Part shown: positions 23,229-34,090 of the stretch, piece by piece | Layout of the letters: every line of letters starts with the position of its first letter | Numbering within the stretch: the first letter of the stretch is position 1 | DNA from: Octopus bimaculoides | Taxonomy: Eukaryota | Direction of reading: 5' to 3' | Assembly (NCBI RefSeq): GCF_001194135.2 | Contig: NC_069001.1 | Span: 24,047,207 to 24,111,206 of the forward strand | Length of the DNA stretch: 64,000 nt | Made by a program: the position numbers and the translations under genes | Notes under the pieces: model-generated | Seen by the model: the letters and a program-made list of their open reading frames with translations, nothing else | Told to the model about the DNA's origin: nothing | Databases searched by the model: none

Positions 23229-23788
23229 AGTTAGAGGTATGTCTGTGATTTTGGTTGAGTTTTCAATTTTAGATGTACATCAAATAGTCACATCTTGCTC
23301 CTTTCAGTTGTGAGAACATCTGCCAATATAACATGGAGAGCCAGTTGTGTTACAGAACACAAGGAAAAATTTTACACGTTCCTCTCCTGTATTAGCTCCT
23401 GCAGAAAAGAAATATTGTAATGTTTTACAAAATTCACATACATTTATTTTCACTTGTGACTATGATAAATCTAAAAATTCCATGTGATCATTTTTCATGC
23501 ATTATTGCTTTCCCACAATTGCTGTATGAATGGCCTCAGTATTCGAAACTAAGAGTCACATATGTTGTTATTGTTGCTACAGATGTTATCTTCTTTCAAA
23601 TAACTTATTTAAATATTCACAACATTTTCTTTTATTAATTGCTATTAAAAATCTTAATTTTCTTCTTTCTCTTGTGCATCTAGTTACATTTTTGTGCTTT
23701 TACTCTGCCACTATGCTGCTTAGTTTTGTAGCAAAGTCATGTGTGGTGGTTTTAAAATTCCAAATTGTAAAATAAACTTCTTTTCCTG

Positions 23789-23866
23789 TTGTCTACCACT
23801 GTACATTGAAGGCATTGTCTACCACTGTACATTGAAGGCATTGTCTACCACTGGACATTGAAGGCA
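23789..23866. repeat. 26-bp tandem repeat x3
   Basis: Unit TTGTCTACCACTGTACATTGAAGGCA. Confidence 0.95.
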
Positions 23867-24204
23867 ATGCTTCCTTAGACAGTTATGGTTTGAGATTGGT
23901 GCTTAGGTGTTAGGTATCAGGTAGGAGATCATGTGGGTCCTTTGACAACAGGTGGCTTTCCACTCATACAGAGTTAACCAGAGCAAGTAAAGTAGGGAGT
24001 TCTGATTGGTAAAATGGAGATAATGGACTCTCCTGTTGAATATGAAGTATGAGCATTCAGGTTTTTGCTGAATGACCTGCACAAATGATTTGTTTATAGT
24101 GACCAAATGTTCATACCACACATTAGCTCACTCACTCCATCAGATCGATGTTGTCTGGACAGGTGCACAGTGTACCACGTGTCAGGTGTCAAAGTAATTG
24201 CAGG

Positions 24205-24320
24205 AGGGAACTAGTCGATTACATCGACCACAGTGTTTCACTGCTACTTAATTTATCGACCCCAAAAAGATGAAAGGCAAAGTTGACCTCAGTGGAATTT
24301 GAACTCAGAATATGAAGACA
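24205..24320 (-). mobile_element. SINE-B fragment
   Basis: GATGAAAGGCAAAGTTGACCTCAGTGGAATTTGAACTC. Confidence 0.75.
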
Positions 24321-24349
24321 AAATAATAATAATAATAATAATAATGATT

Positions 24350-25555
24350 TATTTATTAACCGCTAAGTGTTTACATTAAAAAAGCATTATGGACAACTCA
24401 GGACAAATACCATGTGGAGTTATATGAAAGTCATCTCAACAATGAAAAGCAAAAACAATAATTGAATATAACAAAATTCCCCAAAAGAGGGAGACCTCCT
24501 AGGACTGCTCATGAAAATCCCACAAGTCCACAACATGCTTGACCACCATGGCATGTGCCCTTTCCACTTTGTCTACAGGTACATTCTTTGGTTGGGGTTT
24601 CTGGGATGCTGTGCCAAATAACGTCAGCTGAAATGACAAACAGTGAGCCCTGGCCAACACAAGTCAGCGTGGAAAAAAAACAGACACATGACAACGACGA
24701 TGATGATAATGATGATGATGTTGGTGATGGTGATGATGGTAATGATGGTGATGAGGAGGAAGAGGGGGGATTTGACAGAACTGTTACAGAATCAGGAAAA
24801 AGTACTTTGCTGTATTTCTTGTGACTCATTCACTTGGGCCATTCTTGCAACATTCACCCATCTTTTAACAAAATTGCTCGAGGAGTGGGGTGGCAGAACT
24901 TCCCTCCCCACCCTAACTTTTCTTTTGAAGTGAATCTTGAAAAAGTTGATGAGGTCTTGGCCAAAGAGGAATGTATCTGTCTTCAGCCCTTTCAATCTCA
25001 TCCACCACACAACCGCTCTCACTAAGGCCACCAGGCAAAGAAAAAAAAAAGCCAAAGGAAGGTGGTGGAATTATCCTTACAATGAACTCAGATGATATCC
25101 AAATTTGTCCTACACATGACAGTGGGTGTTTGACATAAAACCACAAGTCAGAAATACTCAGGCACAGGATGAGAACATGCAGAACAGTTTTGTTGCTCTG
25201 CATGCAACTTGGGCAAGCCCGGCTGACTGCACTTCCATGCCAGTAGCGCTTACCTCAGACAGGCAGTGCCCTCCAGTAGCACTGCCAGGCTAGGATTTCT
25301 GGAAATTATTCATAGGCGCCGGCCTGAAAGTTCGCTGGAGCAGACTAACCAACTTGTTCTCGTCAACACCCAGACTCTCCCTGAGAACATCATCGCATTT
25401 ACCTGCCACTAACCCTCTGTAGAACACCATAGTGGAATTTCCACCAAGTGCATTGCCTAACTGACAGAGGATGGCACTCTAGGTGTCAGGTGCCCTGCCT
25501 TGGTCTGTACCTGATCCAGCACTGCAGCTCATTCAAAGAGAAAGCTGTGGGGAAT
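24350..25555 (-). mobile_element. Tx1-like LINE ORF2 3' part and 3' UTR, interrupted by an inverted insertion
   Basis: CPSCMQSNKTVLHVLILC (zf-RVT-like) and LINFFKIHFKRKVRVGREVL..FVKRWVNVARMA. The UTR is homologous to 32101-32475. Confidence 0.8.
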
Positions 25556-25996
25556 GGCATCTGAGGTGGGGGGAGAAGAAGAAGAAGTAGGGTTTCGAAT
25601 TTTGACATAAGGTTAGCTATTTCAGGGGAGGGTTAAGTCACATAGATCAGCCCCAGTGCTCAACTGGTACTTATTATATTGAGTTTAGAAGGATGAAAAG
25701 GCAATGTTGAACTCAACAAAATTAGAACTCAGAATGTAATGAGTCACAAGAAATACAGCAAAGTACTTTTTCCTGATTCTGTAACAGTTCTGTCAAATCC
25801 CCCCTCTTCCTCCTCATCACCATCATTACCATCATCACCATCATTACCATCACCATCACCAACATCATCATCATTATCATCATCGTCGTTGTCATGTGTC
25901 TGTTTTTTTTCCACGCTGACTTGTGTTGGCCAGGGCTCACTGTTTGTCATTTCAGCTGACGTTATTTGGCACAGCATCCCAGAAACCCCAACCAAA
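24587..25996. repeat. Long inverted repeat: arms 24587-24830 (244 bp) and 25738-25996 (259 bp), 907-bp spacer
   Basis: By eye the arms are identical except for a 15-bp microsatellite length difference. Confidence 0.95.
25620..25737 (-). mobile_element. SINE-B fragment
   Basis: CTGGTACTTATT...GGATGAAAAGGCA...GAACTCAGAATGT. Confidence 0.7.
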
Positions 25997-26412
25997 TGTG
26001 TTGCTTTCTGTATCTTACTTTGTGAAATGGTTATATTTCATCACATCACTGGAATTAGAGACGTTGTCTGCAGTTAGATTAATGATCCCTTTCTAGCCTT
26101 TATCAGTCTTTATTCATAGTTACTACTCTGTTAGACATATAACTTAATAATGTGGTTTGTAGAGTCCTTGTCTCATTTGTATGCAATATTTTTCATGACA
26201 TAGAACAGAAGGGCATTATAACAATATATGTGTATGTATGTATGTATGTATGTTTAAATGGCTAACATGACTCATCCATAGAATAATTATTCCTGTTTCA
26301 ACACTCAATCTCAGATCAAGTCACTTGCCAAGCAAGTAAACCTCCAGAATTAAATATTTTCTATTCTTAAAAGCAATTTCATGTTTGTTTGTTTTCTGTG
26401 TATGCATGTTTA

Positions 26413-26475
<63 letters not shown>

Positions 26476-27103
26476 GTGTATGCCTGTGTGTATATTAGTA
26501 TGTGTGTGCATGTTTTAGTATTCCTCTGTACAATGGTACAACTCCTAACATATTCCATATGTAAATTCCTGACTTCAAATGTAAGTATATGTGTACATTA
26601 TATTTTAGCCATTTGTCATTATTTTGACACCTCCACATGTCCTCCCATCTCTCAACCCCTTATCCTCCTCTCTCTATTCCTTTCCTTTTCAATTCCTCCT
26701 CCCTCTAAACATTCTCTCTTTCACCTATTTTTTTTCTCTCTTATTTATTGTTAGTGTGAACAAGATTCTAAAGTTGTACTGCAAACTAAATCTACATATC
26801 GTGCCATTTGAAGCAGAATTGATTATCTTCATAAAGAAAAAAATTTATATATCTTTCTTTTGACATTGACAACTTTGCTTCTGTACTTCAAGTATTCAGT
26901 GTGACTTACAAGTTCTGCAATAATACAGGGTTACAATAATTTTCTTACATAGCCTCTAATTAGCTTTAACTGTTCTGGTAATTAATAATTGAGATAATCC
27001 ACAACAATTTCAGTATCATAGAATTTTCAAAGGCCCAAGATATTCAAGTAACCGCCATATCTACGATACATTTACATAGATATGTCTGTTTCTGCATGCA
27101 GGG

Positions 27104-27139
<36 letters not shown>

Positions 27140-27244
27140 ATGCGTGCCTGAGAGAGAAAGAGAGAGGGAATGAGACACTGTATGCGTTTGTGTGTGCTGT
27201 GTTGGTAGCTCAATACATAAACTGCAAGGTTACTGATTACTCAT

Positions 27245-27600
27245 TACTCGTTTCAGTCATTTGACTGTGGCCATGCTAGAGCACCGCCTTTAGTCGAGCA
27301 AATTGACTCCAGGACTTATTCTTTGTAAGCTTAGTACTTATTCTATCGGACTCTTTTGCCGAACCGCTACGTTACAGGGATGTAAACACACCAGCATCGG
27401 TTGTCAGGTGATGTTGGGGGGACAAACACAGACACACACAAATATATATATATGTACATATATACGACGGGCTTCTTTCAGTTTCCTTCTACCAAATCCA
27501 CTCACAAGGCTATAGTAGAAGACACTTGCTGCAGTGGGACTGAACCTGGAACCATGTGGTTGGTAAGCAAGCTACTTACCACACAGCCACTCCTACGCCT
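27245..27600 (-). mobile_element. SINE-A
   Basis: Matches 11179-11566, with small deletions and a short head duplication. Confidence 0.85.
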
Positions 27601-27739
27601 AGCTACTTACCACACAGCCACTTCCACACCTTCATGTTTTCTTTTAAAGTATTCTGAAGATGTCTTTAATGGTCCTGTTTATGTGACTGTTAAAAGTAGG
27701 TACTTAATTCCTCACAATATTTTTAGTCAGGTTAGTGAA

Positions 27740-27920
27740 GCAAACTGGGCAAAATGTTTAATGATGTTTTATCGGTCTTTGAGTTCAAATTCCACTGACA
27801 TTGACTTTGCCTTTCATCTTTTCAGCATTGATAAAATAAGTACCAGTCATGTATTGGGGTTGGAATAATTGACTTTCCCCTAAATTGCTGGCCTTGTGCC
27901 AAAAGCTGAAACCAATATTT
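27740..27920 (+). mobile_element. SINE-B
   Basis: B box, Meta-like core and GCTGGCCTTGTGCCAAAAG tail. Confidence 0.75.
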
Positions 27921-28169
27921 TTAGTAAGTTTAACATTTTTTGTCACCTATACTATCTAAATACTTCTTAGGTCATCATGTCTAATCCTTCTTCCCCCAAA
28001 CTATCACCTCCCAGAACTCTCTATCTGTTCATATGTTTTCTGGTAGTAATTCATGCTGGTCATCAATTACAGTGATATCATCAGTCTCAGAGGACCTTCA
28101 AAGATTGAATGTGGCTCTTTGCTTTAGACAAATCCTTCAGAAAAATTGTGAATTCTTTTTTTCTCTTAT

Positions 28170-28700
28170 TCTTTTACTTGTTTCAATCAGTTGGCTGTGG
28201 CCATGCTGGAGCACTGCCTTGACAGGTTTTAGTTGAACAAATCGATTCCAGAACTGTTTTTTTTTTTAATTCTAGTACTTATTCCATTGGTCTCTTTTGC
28301 TAAACTGCTAAGTTACAGGGATGTAAAGACACCACCGCTGGTTGTCAAGAAGTGATGGTGTGACAGACACAGACATGAAAACACATGCACATATACACAT
28401 ATACACACACATACACATATATATATATGCGACTGGCTTCTCTCAGTCACACATGGACATGTGGAGGTCAAAATATACACACATATACATATATGAGAAT
28501 ATATACCACCAGCTTCCCTTAAATAATCATATGCACAATGTGGAGGCATGGCTGTGAGGTTAAGAAGTTTGCTTCCCAGTCTCATAGGTTTGGGTTCATT
28601 CCCACTATGTGGTACCTTAGACAAATGCCTTCTTTTATAGCTTTGGGAATGCTAAACACTTGCAAATGATCTTTGGATGATAGAAACTGTAAGAAGCCCT
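28170..28700. mobile_element. SINE-A tail (minus, ~28170-28445) and SINE-A head (plus, ~28537-28700)
   Basis: Homology to the SINE-A halves. Confidence 0.75.
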
Positions 28701-29027
28701 TCTTATACGTGTTTTTGTACATATATACACTTCTAAGTAACTTGGAAGTAGGACCTCACCCACCATCTCATCTTCAGTATTCTAGCATCCTTAAAGGATA
28801 TTCATGTTAAGATATAAAGATTACTATTATATACATACATTCATTTATATACACACACACACACATATCTTTCATCATCATTTAACGTCCGTTTTCCATG
28901 CTGGCATGGGTTAGATGGTTTGAGTGGAACTGGTAAGCCTGAGAACTGCACCAGGCTCCAGTTTAGTTTGGCTTGGTTTCTATGGCTGGATGCTCTTTCT
29001 AACTCCAACCACTCCAAGAATGTAGTG

Positions 29028-29710
29028 CAGTGTTTCCCAACATGGGGCATGGGAAAATTGGAGTGGGTCATGCGTTAACGTAGGGTGTGAAATTTTTTGC
29101 AAGTGACTCGAGCTCATGCTTGTCAACCCTAAGCCTAACTTTGGACATTGAAATAAAAAAAAAACATTGCCATGCAATATTTATACTTAAACCATAGGAA
29201 TTGATAGCTGTGACCAATCAGCATACTGAGTGAGGTATTTACATTTGTTAGGCGTTTGTTTCCTTGTTTCAATATCTATTGTCCAAGAGAACTATTGATT
29301 CATTTTCCTTCGTCTTATTTGGTCGAATGTTGATTCAGTGCAGTTGACAATTTGCTGGAAGCCAAGAGAAACTGGCTTGAAATTACTAAATGTGGCAATT
29401 TACAGCTGAAATTAATGAAATTGTCTCCTCAAATCAAGGATCTGTGCTGTATGCACCAGGCACAGGGTTCTTAATAAACGAGTCAGGGGTAACCATCAGC
29501 AAGGTACTTGAATTAAAAAGAAATGTTGAAGGGCACCAGATTTTTTGTTATTAAAAAGTGGGGCACAGGAAAAATTGTTATTAAAATGTGGGTTACTGGA
29601 AAATTTGTTATTAAAAGTGGGGCACCGGAAAATTTGTTATTAAAATGTGGGGCACATGGAAATTTGTTATTAAAAAGTGGGGCACCGGAAAAGAACGTTG
29701 GGAGACACTG
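29028..29710 (+). mobile_element. Non-autonomous hAT (Charlie-like) DNA transposon
   Basis: TIRs CAGTGTTTCCCAAC / GTTGGGAGACACTG; eroded 8-bp TSD ATGTAGTG / GTTCAGTG; transposase tail LLEAKRNWLEITKCGNLQLKLMKLSPQIKDLCCMHQAQGS* at 29352-29474. Confidence 0.85.
29541..29690. repeat. ~30-bp minisatellite x5 inside the hAT element
   Basis: Unit approximately AAATTTGTTATTAAAAGTGGGGCACCGGA. Confidence 0.9.
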
Positions 29711-29977
29711 GTTCAGTGGGTGCCTTTTATGTGTCACCAGCACTAGCCACGATGATGATCTCACTTGGCTTGAGGTGCCTTCTCAAGCACAGCAAATCAC
29801 CAATGGTCTCAATCAATTGTCATCGTCTGCATGAGACATCATCTGAAGAGTTTTTGATAAAAATTACTTCTTGCAGTCAGAATATTTGAAGAAAGATATT
29901 TTTTCAACTTAATTACTAGACATGTTTTTAACTCCTGAAAGAATTATTCAGAGAAAAGACAGATAGACACACATAGA

Positions 29978-30012
<35 letters not shown>

Positions 30013-30015
30013 TGG

Positions 30016-30361
30016 ACCTATTTCAGTTTCTGTCTACCAAACTCACTCACAATGCTTTGGTCAGCCCAAAGCTTTAGTAGAAGACATTTGCTCAATGTGC
30101 TGGGCAGTGGGACTGAACCTGGAACCATGTGGTTAAGAAGCAAGCTTCTTACACACAAATTTATGCATGTAACTACAAAAGCATATGCACATACACACAT
30201 AGGCATAGGAGTGGCTGTGTGGTAAGTAGCTTACTTACCAACCACATGGTCCTGGGTTCAGTCCCACTGCGTGGCACCTTGGGCAAGTGTCTTCTACTAT
30301 AGCCTCGGGCTGACCAGAGCCTTGTGAGTGGATTTGGTAGACGGAAACTGAAAGAAGCCCG
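30016..30361. mobile_element. Divergent (head-to-head) pair of SINE-A 5' halves
   Basis: Minus copy ~30016-30150; plus copy ~30199-30361. Confidence 0.85.
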
Positions 30362-30364
30362 TAT

Positions 30365-30571
30365 TATAGTTGATGGCTTTGGGTAAAAGAAAATACAAAA
30401 GGATTGATTAATTATGATCTTATTCAACATATTCCTCTCTCAGTTTCGCACAATTATTGCAGTGGTCCTTAAGTTTCTCTAAGCCCTGTAAAAGAACTCC
30501 GAAGTTTGGTCTGCCAACCAGGCCTTTTATGATACCCTTAAAGCCAGGAACATTTCAGCCCACCCCCCTCG
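30365..30571. mobile_element. Mariner-type element end
   Basis: Terminal CATTTCAGCCCACCCCCCTCG followed by TA; subterminal text typical of mariner ends. Confidence 0.55.
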
Positions 30572-31119
30572 TAAACTTATATACACACAAACTCCATTCA
30601 CACAAATGTATACATGTGAGAATATATATCTAATGTTATAACCATTACAGAGAAAAAGCAGTTGTAACAATTGATGATTCACTGTTAGAGATAAATAGAA
30701 AGCTGGCAAATGTTTATATTGAACATAAACCACAAATCTAACTGTAAAACATCGTATAGGGTACTTAGCCATATCGGCAACAACAATAATGGTCACATTA
30801 TACTTCATGTTACAATAATAACTTCAAGTTATTATATCCACATCGCAGCACCATGCAAAAAGATGATCCTATGAGAGAGTTCTTCAAGAACAACTGAAGA
30901 CTCACAAAATTTCAGATGTATTACATTTCATTCATGCTCCATGTATCTAGAATCATATACGGTTTATCATTCTGATCAAAAACATTCCAGCTTGACTATT
31001 CTGTCAGTCATAAGTGCTGGAAGAAAATATGTTTAGTGGGTGCAAACCCAAGTCCAAATTTTTTACAAAACTGGTGGAGCTTTTGCAATCTTAATATCAA
31101 AACAAATACTAGTATAATG

Positions 31120-31174
<55 letters not shown>

Positions 31175-31442
31175 CAATAGTAATAATAATAAAATAAATA
31201 AATAAATAAAAGAAGAAGAGTTCCATAATTAAATTTGCTGAACGATATTTTGGTATCTCATGTACCTTCAACGGGTTCAAAATTTGATATGTCAGTCTGC
31301 TTCATTTAAAAAAAAAAATTTTATAGATACTCTTTTATAGATACTCTTTATAGAACTCTTCTTTTATTTACATTTTCCTTCCAGAGGAGTCATAGCAGTC
31401 CTAATATTATCTATAATGATAATAATAATAATAATAATAATA

Positions 31443-32068
31443 GCTCTGATGCAGTACCAGGCAGCGGCTCTCATGGTTTCTCATTTTAACTGATCAGAAG
31501 TGTTATCATGTACATTGTTTTGTCTTGGTATAAAAGATGGGCTACAGCAAATATTCTGCTCAGTACCACAGATTTGCTTGTCAGTTGTTTGACCAGTTGA
31601 GCATGTCCCTTAGTCGCTGACGAAATGTGCATCTCTGATCATGGGCAGAAGTAGTTGGGGAGCATCATAGCCATGTGTTGAGAGGAATTCTTTGGGGTTT
31701 GGATAATTAACCTCTGGAAACATGGGTGTTTTGTTCAACATCCTTAAANNNNNNNNNNAGAGGAATTCTTTGGGGTTTGGATAATTAACCTCTGGAAACA
31801 TGGGTGTTTTGTTCAACATCCTTAAACAACTCTTATTCAGGGACCTTTTGAGTGGGATGGGCTACTCAGCCTGAAGAAAATTTTAACTAGGTCCCACTTG
31901 CAAGGTTATGTGCTGTGAATTTTGTTACAAGATCACTATGTCAGGCACATATGGTTCTGATACATGTGCCTGGTGTATCCTTATCAGACGGGTAGTCATG
32001 ATGGGTATACTGTGCTTCATATATTTTACCCCAGCGTCACTTTGATGGCATGCACTGCTCTCTCACTC

Positions 32069-32100
<32 letters not shown>
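31443..32100 (+). mobile_element. SINE-E in (TAA)n
   Basis: Head GCTCTGATGCAGTACCAGGCAGCGGCTCTC; tail GCATGCACTGCTCTCTCACTC-(AAT)n. Partial copy at ~34540-34690. Confidence 0.8.
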
Positions 32101-32101
<1 letters not shown>

Positions 32102-32475
32102 TGTTTCTTTATCGGACACAAGGGCCAATCACAAAACAAATTGCAACAATACAAAACTGGGTACACATGGTATTTAACACAAAATCGAATGAAAAATGAA
32201 ATAACAATGACAATTAACAATACAATTAAACAATAAAATTCCCCAAAAGGGAGAGGGAGTTCCTCACAAGGACAAGTGAAGAACACTGCACATTCTGGTT
32301 ATCCCGAATGCCAGATGCACCTCGGCAGGCACCTATCTCCTTCTCAACTCCTCTGGTTTACAAATGAAAGTTCAGAGTAGGCCCATTCGCACGGGCCATC
32401 TTCACTACATGCACCTACCTTTCAACAAATTTATTGGGCGACGGGGAAAGCAGAAGTTCCCTCTCTACTTAATAA
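32101..32475 (-). mobile_element. Tx1-like LINE 3' end
   Basis: VERELLLSPSPNKFVER*VHVVKMARANGPTLNFHL* matches the ORF2 end at 24830-25055; ends in (ATT)n. Confidence 0.8.
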
Positions 32476-32562
32476 AAAGGGTCAAGTTTTTGCAATCTTA
32501 GTATCAAAGCAAATTCAAGTATCATCATAATAATAATAATGATAATAATAATAATGATGATG

Positions 32563-33786
32563 ATACTCCTCTAAATGAACTAATCAAAATAGACAGGAAA
32601 ACAAGAAAAATAATGACTGAATTTAGGATGCACCACCCAAAATCTGACATAGAAAGGTTATACATTCAACGTGTTGAAGGTGGTAGAGGCCTTATAGCAC
32701 TAGAAAGCTATTATAAAATAACCACCATGGGATTACTGGAATACCTGCTTCAGAAGCAAGGAAAACTGATAGAAATAGCCACAAAATATGAGCAAAAGTC
32801 ATAGTACTTGACAAGTATGAGGGAAAAGAAGAAACAACAAAAGCTGTAAAACATCTGAAATCCAAACTGAAACTGGCACAACAGTGTATCATGATAAAAC
32901 AATGGCAAAAATGCTCCTACTTGGCAAAAATTGGGTTAAACTAAACAGAAAAGAAATAGACAAAGCAAAATCCCAACAATGGTTGAGAAGCTCAGGACTC
33001 AAAGAAGAGACTGAAAGAGTTTTAGCTGCAGCACAAGATCAAAGCGTTCCCACCAGAAGTCACCAAAAACACATAATGAAAAGAAATATATAACGAAAAC
33101 AAGTTACTGCAGAATATGTGATGATGGAGAAGAGACAATAAATCATATTGTCTCTGGCTGCCTAGTCCTGGCTAAGAATGAATAGATTCACAGAAATCAC
33201 AGAGTTGGGACCTATATACACTGGGAAGCTATGGAATGACAATAGAAAAATGATGGTATAGGCACACCCCAGAAAAGGTCACAGAAAATGAGAAAGGAAC
33301 AATACTCTGGGGTATGCCAATACACACGGATAAAGAAATCAAGGCTATAGTTGTCAGAGATCATCAAGGAAAAAAAATGCCTTCTAATCAATATATCAAT
33401 ACTAACAGTTGACAATGTATCTGTAAAAGAAATGGAGAAACTTTGGAAATACAAAGACCTGGAAATAGAAGTAACTCAAGTGTGGAGCTTAAAAATAGAA
33501 ACAATTCCTATCATAGTCGGTGCATTAAGTATGATAACAAAAAGCATTCAGACAATTACATGACCAAAACATCAGGACTTATAAGTGTATGTAACATACA
33601 GAAAATAGCCCTGCTAGGCACCACACACATCCTACATAAAACACTTTCAATACAGCAACAATACAGCATCACAACAAACCACATCACATCCACAAGGCAC
33701 ACAGAGTTTGCACTCAGTAGTGCAATAAAAGCATGTGATAAAAATAAGACTACTGAATAATAATGATAATAATAATAATAATAATG
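32563..33786 (+). mobile_element. Dong/R4-like RLE LINE, 5'-truncated, in (TAA)n
   Basis: DRKTRKIMT..MHHPKSDIERLYIQRVEGGRGL; WLRSSGLKEETE; CRICDDGEETINHIVSGC; KEMEKLWKYKDL; QKIALLGTTHIL. Confidence 0.9.
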
Positions 33787-34090
33787 GTTTCAAATTTTGG
33801 TACAAGGCCAGCAATTTTTGGGGCGGAAGCAAGTCAGTTGCATTGACCCTCGTGCTAGTATTTATTTTATTGACCCCAAAACAATGAAGAGTTAAGTCAA
33901 CCTTGGCAAAATTACTCTCACTCCAGTGTTCAACTGGTACTTATTTAATTGACCCCCCAAAGGATGAAAGGCAAAGTTGACCTCAGTGGAATTTGAACTT
34001 GGAACATAAAGACAGATGAAATACTGTTATGCATTTTGCCCAGGGTTGTAATGATTCTGCCAGCTTGCTGCCTTAACTTTCCGCCTTAAT
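33787..34090 (-). mobile_element. Two tandem SINE-B pieces
   Basis: Two Meta-like cores; the tail abuts the (TAA)n of the Dong-like element. Confidence 0.75.

Larger units (their letters stand above)
28870..29800 (-). mobile_element. RTE 3' UTR fragment hosting a nested hAT element
   Basis: (CAT)n-TTTAACGTCCG...; the host sequence resumes after 29710. Confidence 0.75.

Noticed and set aside
25744-25995. Acidic D/E-rich ORF as a host exon
   Set aside because: Acidic run derives from a (GAT/GGT)n microsatellite, there is an in-frame stop shortly upstream, and no convincing splice sites in the original copy.
31681-31826. 68-bp direct repeat flanking a 10-N gap
   Set aside because: Probable scaffolding overlap; a real duplication cannot be excluded but is unsupported.
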